32,000 nucleotides of DNA from assembly GCA_045568075.1 (NCBI GenBank), contig JBJLBP010000001.1, positions 900,001 to 932,000 on the forward strand. Direction: 5' to 3'. The notes under the pieces were generated by a model. It ran no database searches and was not told where the DNA came from. It saw only the letters and a program-made list of their open reading frames with translations. Both the position numbers and the translations under genes were made by a program. This DNA comes from Candidatus Thalassarchaeaceae archaeon (lineage in GTDB: Archaea; Thermoplasmatota; Poseidoniia; Poseidoniales; Thalassarchaeaceae). Shown in pieces: positions 1-6,547 of the stretch; position 1 is the stretch's first letter, and the number at the start of each line of letters is the position of its first letter.

Positions 1-119
1 AGAGTGCGAACTTTCGCATTCCATTGATCACGCTCTTCGCGATTGTAGGTAATCTGCTCCTGAACATCATCGCAGCGAGGCTGCAGGAATCCGCGGATTT
101 CCTGACTTTCCATCTGCAT
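1..119 (-). CDS. 5' fragment of a probable further coiled-coil protein; the gene runs off the left edge
   Basis: Not in the ORF track because it has no stop inside the window. Reverse-strand ATG at 119..117 opens 'MQMESQEIRGFLQPRCDDVQEQITYNREERDQWNAKVRT' with no stop to position 1. The peptide is charged, and 'RD-x-WN-x-KVR' resembles the N-terminal repeats of the neighbouring coiled-coil genes. It follows those genes on the same strand and has its own TATA-like box upstream. Confidence 0.3.
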   Translation of the reverse strand, partial: MQMESQEIRGFLQPRCDDVQEQITYNREERDQWNAKVRT

Positions 120-155
120 ACAATCTTGCTCCTGTGGCTTTGCGTCCGACGTTTT

Positions 156-164
156 CCATATAAG
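156..164 (-). promoter_or_regulatory. TATA-like box (CTTATATGG on the minus strand) upstream of the truncated gene at 1..119
   Basis: Lies in the 80-nt gap between the stop of 199..1161 and the ATG at 119, about 40 nt upstream of that ATG. It shares the WTATGG core seen upstream of three other genes in the window. Confidence 0.3.
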
Positions 165-198
165 CGCATAGGAATTCTTCATTCGACCCAGAAATCGT

Positions 199-1161
199 TC
201 ATTCTCTCTTACTTGCCGAGCTACCACGTCGTGGTCCGCCTCGAGTTACACCGAGTCTCCGCTTCCCTTTTTTGCCAGAACGACCGCGCTTTTGCGGTTC
301 ATCTTGTGATTCTGTAGTCTTCGACTCACTGGCTATTCCCAATAGGCTGCCTGAGTCGAGTAGGGCGGTTAGTTCGTTGGTGTTCAGAGAACCGCCCGTA
401 CTGGCTCGCTCTTTGACATCAGCGAGTCGGATTGGTCGGCCACGTCCGCCAGTGATTTTGAGGTAGGAACGGAGGCGACCGGCTTCTTTCCGCAGATCTT
501 TTCGCTGTGATTTGATGGAGTCAAGGCGCTTATCGATACCATTGATTCGCCTGCTCATCTTACGGATTTCTCCCCGAGTCACCTTATCGGATTCGATATC
601 AGTGCCTTCAGTGGCGCCATCTGCAGTTGCTTCCCGAGTCTTTCTTGTAGCGTCGAGTTTTGTGGTCACCTTTCGCAGGTCTTCGATTTGAGAAACATAC
701 CGTGCGTGAGCCTCCTCGGCTTCGCGCTTACGAACGACTGCTGCTTGTAATTCGAAGAAGCGACGGAATGAGTCGAGTTCACGGTTGAGTGTTGGGACGG
801 AGGTTAGGTCGTTATCGATGGTGGTGAGTTTGGTGTGAGTTTCATCCATCCACTCTTCAAGAACGGTTGCTGGAGGTGGAATCGATATGTTCACCTTATC
901 GCGGAGATCTCTGTCTTTGTCGGCCTTTTTCTTGATCTCGTGGAAGCGACGGAGTAGTCCACGACGCTCTGAATCCGCTTCTTCGATTCCACCGACCGCG
1001 GTACGGAGGGATTTGACGAGGTCGACTTGTGATCGTCGATCGTGGCGTAGTGAGTTGAATTCATCCTCTAGTGAACGCAATTGCCGATTCAAATCTGCTG
1101 ATTTTTCCTCAATTTCGTCATGAGGTAGACCCTCAAGATCGTCGAAGAGTCCCTCGCTCAT
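199..1161 (-). CDS. Coiled-coil protein, COG1340-like (uncharacterised archaeal coiled-coil family), with a basic C-terminal tail
   Basis: 320-aa ORF, strongly E/R/K/D/L-rich with long heptad-like stretches and no TM or signal peptide. The C-terminus 'LLDSGSLLG...KKGKRRLGVTRGGPRRG' parallels that of 6548..7537. Its ATG overlaps the stop of the upstream gene (ATGA at 1161..1158), which suggests translational coupling. Confidence 0.7.
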   Translation of the reverse strand: MSEGLFDDLEGLPHDEIEEKSADLNRQLRSLEDEFNSLRHDRRSQVDLVKSLRTAVGGIEEADSERRGLLRRFHEIKKKADKDRDLRDKVNISIPPPATVLEEWMDETHTKLTTIDNDLTSVPTLNRELDSFRRFFELQAAVVRKREAEEAHARYVSQIEDLRKVTTKLDATRKTREATADGATEGTDIESDKVTRGEIRKMSRRINGIDKRLDSIKSQRKDLRKEAGRLRSYLKITGGRGRPIRLADVKERASTGGSLNTNELTALLDSGSLLGIASESKTTESQDEPQKRGRSGKKGKRRLGVTRGGPRRGSSASKRE

Positions 1162-2117
1162 TCTTCTTCACCTCCACGAGAAGGTGCGTCGGCCGCCTCA
1201 ACGGCCGGAGCAGTAGGTTCGGAGACAGATTCTACTGATTTCTTGCCTGAACCTACCTTAGCGGGTTGCTTTGATTTGTTTGACTTACCTTTGCGAGGGC
1301 TATTCTTTCCTTTCTTTTGATTATTCGGCTTCGTCTTTCGAGCAAAGGTTGAGTCTCCTCCTTCGGCAACCCGCTTCTTTGCGGCCAAGAGGTCAGTGAA
1401 ACCAAGTCCCAACTCTCCAAAGCCGTCCTTCAGACGGCGTTCCCAGTGACCGATTGCATCATCGGATTGAGCAAGAAGCTCCTTCGCTCTGTCTAGTACT
1501 CTACGAATTTCACGAATTTCAGCCTGCATCGCGACTTTCTTTTCATGCAGCGGTTGAGCTTTCTCAACTGCCTTGATCATGTCGCGATGTGACTTGTCAG
1601 CGGTCTTGAAGAGGTGGGACATTTCTCTTCGGGAATCGACATAATCGACCATTTCCGGGTTCATTTGACGCCTTTCCTTCAGCCACTTCTCATTTTGTTC
1701 GATGAGTTTCTTGCGGCGATCAATCATTTTTTTCTCAGCCTTATGGTCGAGAGCAGAGGTCTGGATGCTATCTTCGATATCATCCAGTTCTTCAAACAAC
1801 TTTTCTTTCTTCCAATCAGGGTCGAGACTCACCATTCCACCGGATTCAACGAGTGAGTCTCGGTGCCCACGCACCTTTGGAAGGAGTCCGTGGGCAACCT
1901 TTTGTGATGAATCTCTAGTACTCTTCAATTTGGCAACAATATCATTTGCTCGCTTGTGATTTTCGACCGCTCGATCTACCTTTGGAGCGAGGTTTTGTTC
2001 CTCTGCTTCAAGAGTGCGAATGACCGTAGGCAACTGATCTTTGAGCAACCTTCTACGGTTGAGCAAGGCTTGCGCCAATTCCTCTGGCGAGACGCGCAGG
2101 AGAGTCTCAGCATCCAT
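1158..2117 (-). CDS. Coiled-coil protein, COG1340-like paralogue with a Lys-rich low-complexity tail
   Basis: The track ORF 1158..2222 starts at a GTG that overlaps the divergent gene. The internal ATGs at 2147 (MARSNL) and 2117 (MDAETLL) are more plausible starts. I prefer 2117 because the TATA-like CCTTTATGG box lies about 31 nt upstream. The body is helical and charged ('LEAEEQNLAPKVDRAVENHKRANDIVAKLK', 'IREIRRVLDRAKELLAQSDDAI'). The tail is 'KKGKNSPRKGKSNKSKQPAKVGSGKK'. Confidence 0.65.
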   Translation of the reverse strand: MDAETLLRVSPEELAQALLNRRRLLKDQLPTVIRTLEAEEQNLAPKVDRAVENHKRANDIVAKLKSTRDSSQKVAHGLLPKVRGHRDSLVESGGMVSLDPDWKKEKLFEELDDIEDSIQTSALDHKAEKKMIDRRKKLIEQNEKWLKERRQMNPEMVDYVDSRREMSHLFKTADKSHRDMIKAVEKAQPLHEKKVAMQAEIREIRRVLDRAKELLAQSDDAIGHWERRLKDGFGELGLGFTDLLAAKKRVAEGGDSTFARKTKPNNQKKGKNSPRKGKSNKSKQPAKVGSGKKSVESVSEPTAPAVEAADAPSRGGEEE

Positions 2118-2143
2118 GTGCAGCCGGCCCAAATTGGAACGCG

Positions 2144-2173
2144 CCATAAAGGTCACTACGTGACCTTGAAATG
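2144..2173. promoter_or_regulatory. Symmetric divergent promoter region with a perfect 19-bp palindrome, AAGGTCAC-TAC-GTGACCTT at 2149..2167
   Basis: Read directly as CCATAAAGGTCACTACGTGACCTTGAAATGG. The core has two exact 8-bp inverted arms and a 3-nt spacer. It is flanked by outward-facing TATA-like elements: CCTTTATGG on the minus strand at 2144..2152, and CCTTGAAATGG on the plus strand at 2163..2173. It sits between the divergent genes whose starts are about 2117 (minus) and 2214 (plus). Confidence 0.5.
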
Positions 2174-2213
2174 GGGTTGGCTTGATACGCTTCACTACAC
2201 CGAGTCGCAGACG

Positions 2214-4130
2214 ATGAAGCACAGGCTGCGCCTACGCAACTTGCTTGTGATTTCCGTAGCCCTTCTCGTTGTCACACTCCTGAGTTCGACAGTCAGTGCT
2301 CAAGATCGCTTTACCATCGAGGATTCTTCCGGATGGGACGTTACCCTCATAGATGGCTCAACCAATGCTGTATCAGACAACTCCTCAGCTTTCTCCGGAG
2401 ACCAAATTCACCTATCGATTGAAGTTGCTAATGATGATACAGCAGCGGGCCATGACGAATGGTCCTTCCACATTGTCCTTGACGAGACTTCCTCACCTGA
2501 ACTGACTGGATTTCTTGACGGTTCAGAGGAATCCGTAATGGTAAACGTCTCGTTCGGGCCACTCCCTGCTGGTGAAATTCACCTCGTATTCACCATTGAT
2601 TCAAGCGGTGAAAGCGAAACAATGGTCCTACTTGTTGAACCCAATCCACTCAATCTAACAGCAGCAGGTTCGCCAGAAATCGCATTAATCGGCGAACCTG
2701 CCCATGTTGGAGATACCCTAACCGCCTCGATTCTTGTCCATAACCAAGGTAACTCCCCTCAAACCGTCCAACTCGAACTAACTCCTGGAACAGCAGAGCC
2801 AACCCTCGGCCCTCCAATCATCATCAATCCCGGCTCAAGCAGGGAAGTTTCAGCCTCCTTTACTCCCGACATCGCTGGACCTCTCAACATTGAGTGGCGT
2901 GTCCATTCAAACAATGGCGGGGTCGCCCGAGAGCTCAACGGAACATCCTCAGTCGAGGTCCTAAATTCGCAGACCATGACTCTCGTAATTGACTCGACGA
3001 CATGGGATCTAACCAATGGATTGAACTCTGAAATATCCCTCTATCTCTCAGAAGGTCGCTCTCGCGAAGTTAGTGTTGAAGTTGCAATTCTCGATCAAAC
3101 AATCGAATCAATCATTCAGACATTTTTACTTACACTCGACCCGGGAAGGAGAGAACTAACTCTCACACTCGGCTATCCTTCTGCAGATTCGCTAATCATT
3201 AGAGTCGAGGCGTTCGATTGGACCGCCTCGCAGGATTTGGAGGTGCAAACAATACTCACACCTCCACTCCTCGATCTCGAAGTTGAGTCATCAGGGGTAT
3301 CAACTGCTCCGCGGACAGGGGAGCAAGTGATTCTTCCGTACGACCTAAGTAACGACGGTAATACACCAACTCTGGCCGGTGAAATCAGGGTAGTGCGAAC
3401 CTCTGACGGCATGATTCTTGACACTAACCCTACCTCCGCAGTTGGCCCCGGACAAAGTCAGACGGGTCAATTGTCAATTGCCTCATGGCCCGATTCTAAA
3501 GTGGTCGAAGTCGAGATAATTTGGATCACTAGCGGTCAAACTGAAAGTCGCCTCCTTGAGATTGAATCTTTTACCGATGCTGATTCAGGAGCTGAGTTAC
3601 CATTCGATCTCTCAGCCGCGATTTATGGTGCAATCTCCGGGCTTGTTCTAGTAATGTTCATTCTCGTTCTCTATCGAACCGTCTCCGAGAGCGTTGCAGA
3701 TACTGGAACCTCTCGTTTCAATCGCTTGAGGGAGGCTCGCGGCGAGCGCAAGAAGGCAGCAGCTGCGACTAAGCGTGAAATCCCATGTCCCGAATGTGAT
3801 CAGCGCCTGAGTATCCCATCGACTCACGCGGGCGCTGTCAAATGTCCTGCTTGTACAACGAGATTTTCGGTCGATGCTGTCGCAGGTGCTACACCAACCC
3901 CGGATGCAGTTGTATCATCGGAGATGAGCCAAATGCCTTCGCCTCAATCGGTACCTGCTCCCGAGCCGGTTCCCGAACAACCTCTTGATGATGTGGCCCG
4001 TTCGATGGTTGATCTCCTTTCATGCCCATCTTGTGATCAAACGCTCAAGGTGCCTGTTGAACGTCGTCCAGTCAAGGCACGTTGTCCAGCCTGCCGTTCT
4101 GAGTTCATCGCGGAGGTTGGACAGGAATGA
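2214..4130 (+). CDS. Type I membrane surface protein: signal peptide, CARDB-like beta-sandwich repeats, one TM helix, and a cytoplasmic tail with two zinc ribbons
   Basis: The track ORF starts at 1956, but that part overlaps the divergent gene. The in-frame ATG at 2214 gives 'MKHRLRLRNLLVISVALLVVTLLSSTVSAQ', which looks like a signal peptide. CARDB-like segments include 'GDTLTASILVHNQGNSPQTVQLEL' and 'GEQVILPYDLSNDGNTPTLAGEIRV'. The TM helix is 'AAIYGAISGLVLVMFILVLY' (about 3615..3675). The tail carries 'CPECDQRLSIP...VKCPACTTRFSV' and 'CPSCDQTLKVP...ARCPACRSEFIA'. Confidence 0.75.
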   Translation: MKHRLRLRNLLVISVALLVVTLLSSTVSAQDRFTIEDSSGWDVTLIDGSTNAVSDNSSAFSGDQIHLSIEVANDDTAAGHDEWSFHIVLDETSSPELTGFLDGSEESVMVNVSFGPLPAGEIHLVFTIDSSGESETMVLLVEPNPLNLTAAGSPEIALIGEPAHVGDTLTASILVHNQGNSPQTVQLELTPGTAEPTLGPPIIINPGSSREVSASFTPDIAGPLNIEWRVHSNNGGVARELNGTSSVEVLNSQTMTLVIDSTTWDLTNGLNSEISLYLSEGRSREVSVEVAILDQTIESIIQTFLLTLDPGRRELTLTLGYPSADSLIIRVEAFDWTASQDLEVQTILTPPLLDLEVESSGVSTAPRTGEQVILPYDLSNDGNTPTLAGEIRVVRTSDGMILDTNPTSAVGPGQSQTGQLSIASWPDSKVVEVEIIWITSGQTESRLLEIESFTDADSGAELPFDLSAAIYGAISGLVLVMFILVLYRTVSESVADTGTSRFNRLREARGERKKAAAATKREIPCPECDQRLSIPSTHAGAVKCPACTTRFSVDAVAGATPTPDAVVSSEMSQMPSPQSVPAPEPVPEQPLDDVARSMVDLLSCPSCDQTLKVPVERRPVKARCPACRSEFIAEVGQE

Positions 4131-4158
4131 GTTCGAATGGTGAGGGAATGGTGGTCAG

Positions 4159-4812
4159 ATGCCCGAACTGAGCGAATTTGAAGAGATGTATCTCAAACGT
4201 ATGTTCGAGATGCATAGTGATCAACCGGATGCTATTGTCAAGACTTCGATGCTCGCTGAATTGATGGGCGTTAGCGCAGCATCGACGACCGAGATGATTC
4301 AGAGATTATCCGGTCGCGAACTCGTGACCTATATTCCTTACAAAGGCTCGAGATTGACTCCAGATGGATTTGCTCGAGCAGCACAGATCAAGCGTCGGCA
4401 ATTGCTGCTCGAATTATTACTAGCTGATGTCATCGGGTTCGATGGTGATGTTCACTCCGCTGCTTGTGAGATGGAACACGCGATCGATTCGGAATTAGAA
4501 GAAGCAATCGATCGACTCCTCGGATATCCCGAACGGACTCCCTCTGGCGAAAGGATTCCTCTGGTTTCACGCCGAGTCGAGCCTGCTGTAAATGCACCTT
4601 TACTACCCATAGCAAATATGCCTGAAGGGAGTTCCGGAACTATCGAATTCATCGCCCTCGAGGGTCAGGATACGCGCACACTTCAGACCCTTGGTTTAAT
4701 CGTCGGGCAATCGATTAAACGAAGCTCAGATTTACTCATTATAGATGGGGCTCCAGTCTCATTTTCAGATTCGTTAGCGACAAGAATTCTAGTCAGAGTG
4801 GAGATGTCTTGA
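4159..4812 (+). CDS. DtxR/MntR/IdeR-family metal-dependent transcriptional regulator with a C-terminal FeoA/SH3-like domain
   Basis: The N-terminal wHTH reads 'EMYLKRMFEM...SMLAELMGVSAASTTEMIQRLSGRELV'. The dimerisation/metal helix 'RRQLLLELLLADVIGFDGDVHSAACEMEHAIDSELEEAIDRLLGYPERTPSGERIP' aligns with the DtxR pattern H-x3-C-x2-E-H. The C-terminal 'GSSGTIEFIALEGQDTRTLQTLGLIVGQSI' is FeoA-like. Confidence 0.8.
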   Translation: MPELSEFEEMYLKRMFEMHSDQPDAIVKTSMLAELMGVSAASTTEMIQRLSGRELVTYIPYKGSRLTPDGFARAAQIKRRQLLLELLLADVIGFDGDVHSAACEMEHAIDSELEEAIDRLLGYPERTPSGERIPLVSRRVEPAVNAPLLPIANMPEGSSGTIEFIALEGQDTRTLQTLGLIVGQSIKRSSDLLIIDGAPVSFSDSLATRILVRVEMS

Positions 4813-5046
4813 ATGGAAGATGAAGATATTTCGGAATTCGACGAAGCCATCTCGGCACTGGCGGAAGAGATTCTCGAGGATGCTCCTGAACAAGTCCCTC
4901 ATCCTCTGGCTGCTCCACCACCACCACCACCACCCCCAGATCTCCCCCGATTGGCGCAGTTGCGGCAGCAAGAAGTGCTTCAGTCGACCCAATCGATGGT
5001 CTACGAGCGCAAGAGCGAACTCTTCTCAGAATCGATCGCCTACTAA
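4813..5046 (+). CDS. Small acidic protein (77 aa) with a central Pro8 run; function unknown
   Basis: The ATG follows the TGA of the regulator gene directly. The sequence is 'MEDEDISEFDEAISALAEEILEDAPEQVPHPLAAPPPPPPPPDLPRLAQLRQQEV'. The other two plus-strand frames and one minus-strand frame are also open here. Only this frame has the acidic composition typical of the other proteins in the window. Confidence 0.45.
   Translation: MEDEDISEFDEAISALAEEILEDAPEQVPHPLAAPPPPPPPPDLPRLAQLRQQEVLQSTQSMVYERKSELFSESIAY
4915..4938 (+). repeat. (CCA)6-CCCCCA trinucleotide tract encoding Pro8
   Basis: Read directly as ccaccaccaccaccaccaccccca. In the +1 frame the same tract gives a His6 run in the alternative ORF 4820..5344. 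Confidence 0.9.
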
Positions 5047-5153
5047 TCAGTGGGGGAATTCGCTTCGTTCTATTCCTCCCGCTTTTGGTCGTAATCAACT
5101 TCGGATTGGCTCATTCGTATCGAAATTCAACACCCGAATGGTGGTTGTTGCAT

Positions 5154-6428
5154 ATGCAGGATGTTGCTCCGGTAGAGATGCATCTTGGCATCCATTTCCT
5201 TTCTCTTTTCATCCTCGTTGCCAACATTACACTCCTCCTCCTACTGTTCCGTTTGCTGTCCGTTACACGCACGATATTCCGCCACGAGGCAGAATCATTG
5301 ACAACGGCAGGATTGACTTTCAAGAGCTCACATGGATATGCTGAGATGCGGGCTACAATCAATGGTTCCCGCCGACAATTAGGGGCGACCATAACCTTGC
5401 TATTCCTAGCCGCCTCTTTACTCGGAATTGCTTTGTGGTTGACTCCGGATGGAAATCTGTCACCGAGATTGGTCGCTCTCTCAACCGGGACGTTGCTAGC
5501 GGGGCATGGGTCTTTCCTCGTATCGAATCAGTCTCGGTTTAATGCCAGTGAACCGTGGGGGATGTTGAACGCTTTCTCCCCCCCAATTCATCCGGCTTTG
5601 TTGCGCCGTCCATTTTCGGATGTAATCAAGGCGCACATTGACCCGCTGCTGACGGTGCGTATCTCGGAGTATCTTCGCACGGTTGAAGAGGAAGTCAAGT
5701 CCGGACATTCAATGGCCCAGATACAGGAGACGCTGCTACATTTGCTGCATCTTCGTCGTAGTTCGTTAATCGACGAGCAGCAATTCCGCAGTGCTCTGGC
5801 TACGATGATAGATTCCGATTCGATAAACCGACTATTCGACCATCCTGAACTTGGTCAGGAGACCTGGGATAGATTACTCTCAGGAGCGATGGTGGATTGC
5901 GCTCCGTTCTTCCGTTTGCACGATCGCTTGCATATGCGTCAACAGACGGGGCGTACCGGTGTAGTTTGGTTTGATGTTGATATGGAGAATCTTGTCGTTG
6001 GTCCGGCTAATCTCTTCGCTTTCATATTGAACCAATCTGACGAAGTGCAAGATATGATTTTACGTGTACAGACCCCTGATTTCCGGCCGAATGAGTGCGA
6101 ATATCGATTGCGCGTAGAGCCTCATCAGGCGCTCGAATTCGATGGCCTCCGTCAGCTTGAATTAACCCAAACTCTGCCTCGATTACTAGCCTCAACCCGA
6201 ATAATTTGGCAGAGTTTACTCCCCTCTGGCACAGGTGAATCGACAGTGACTGTCCGCTTAGAAGATCCAGATGGAAACCTGATTTCCGGGAGAGTTTTGA
6301 CAGTACAGATTCGTAATGATCTATTCTCCCGTCTACGCATGACAACCGGTGCGTTATTCATCGTTGGAGCAACGATAGCCATCCTTTCTCCGATTTTGCC
6401 ATTTATTGGTTCGGTCCTCGGCCTTTGA
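5154..6428 (+). CDS. Polytopic membrane protein of unknown function: three N-terminal TM helices, a soluble domain of about 270 aa, and a C-terminal TM helix
   Basis: The track ORF begins at a TTG at 5085. The first ATG is at 5154 ('MQDVAPVEMHLGIHFLSLFILVANITLLLLLF'), so the start is uncertain. Further TM helices are 'LGATITLLFLAASLLGIALWL' and 'LVALSTGTLLAGHGSFLV'. The C-terminal helix is 'TGALFIVGATIAILSPILPFIGSVLGL'. I recognised no family motif. Confidence 0.6.
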   Translation: MQDVAPVEMHLGIHFLSLFILVANITLLLLLFRLLSVTRTIFRHEAESLTTAGLTFKSSHGYAEMRATINGSRRQLGATITLLFLAASLLGIALWLTPDGNLSPRLVALSTGTLLAGHGSFLVSNQSRFNASEPWGMLNAFSPPIHPALLRRPFSDVIKAHIDPLLTVRISEYLRTVEEEVKSGHSMAQIQETLLHLLHLRRSSLIDEQQFRSALATMIDSDSINRLFDHPELGQETWDRLLSGAMVDCAPFFRLHDRLHMRQQTGRTGVVWFDVDMENLVVGPANLFAFILNQSDEVQDMILRVQTPDFRPNECEYRLRVEPHQALEFDGLRQLELTQTLPRLLASTRIIWQSLLPSGTGESTVTVRLEDPDGNLISGRVLTVQIRNDLFSRLRMTTGALFIVGATIAILSPILPFIGSVLGL

Positions 6429-6435
6429 GCACAAG

Positions 6436-6453
6436 GGATGGAAATACCCATCC
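6436..6453 (+). terminator. Hairpin GGATGG-AAATAC-CCATCC, 8 nt after the stop of the 5154..6428 gene
   Basis: A 6-bp perfect stem with a 6-nt loop, read directly. No strong oligo-T follows, so a terminator role is only tentative. Confidence 0.25.
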
Positions 6454-6547
6454 TACCGAATCTGGCTCATTTGTAGAAAATCGGCCACTCATTAGCCGGT
6501 GATGAAAAGGCGGGTCCATTCAAGAGGGAAACCCGCGTCGCCCGGCC

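Noticed and set aside
1956-2213. The 5' 258 nt of track ORF 1956..4130, which would give a 724-aa protein
   Set aside because: This stretch is antisense to the coiled-coil gene 1158..2117/2222. Its translation is Trp/Cys/Phe-rich and unlike the rest of the protein. The in-frame ATG at 2214 yields a textbook signal peptide.
2197-2240. 'HRLRL' appears at the N-terminus of both divergent track ORFs (MKHRLRL on plus, MLHRLRL on minus), suggesting a mirrored coding palindrome
   Set aside because: Only a 5-bp inverted repeat (CGCAG/CTGCG) underlies it. The minus-strand version comes from an unlikely GTG start that overlaps the plus-strand gene. I treat it as coincidence.
4793-5344. The alternative ORFs 4820..5344 (+, 174 aa, His6 run) and 4793..5098 (-, 101 aa, Val5 run)
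   Set aside because: Their compositions (R/S/W/C-rich) are unlike any other protein in the window. The homopolymer runs are frame-shifted readings of the (CCA)n tract. They are most likely non-coding shadows of the 77-aa ORF and the following membrane gene.
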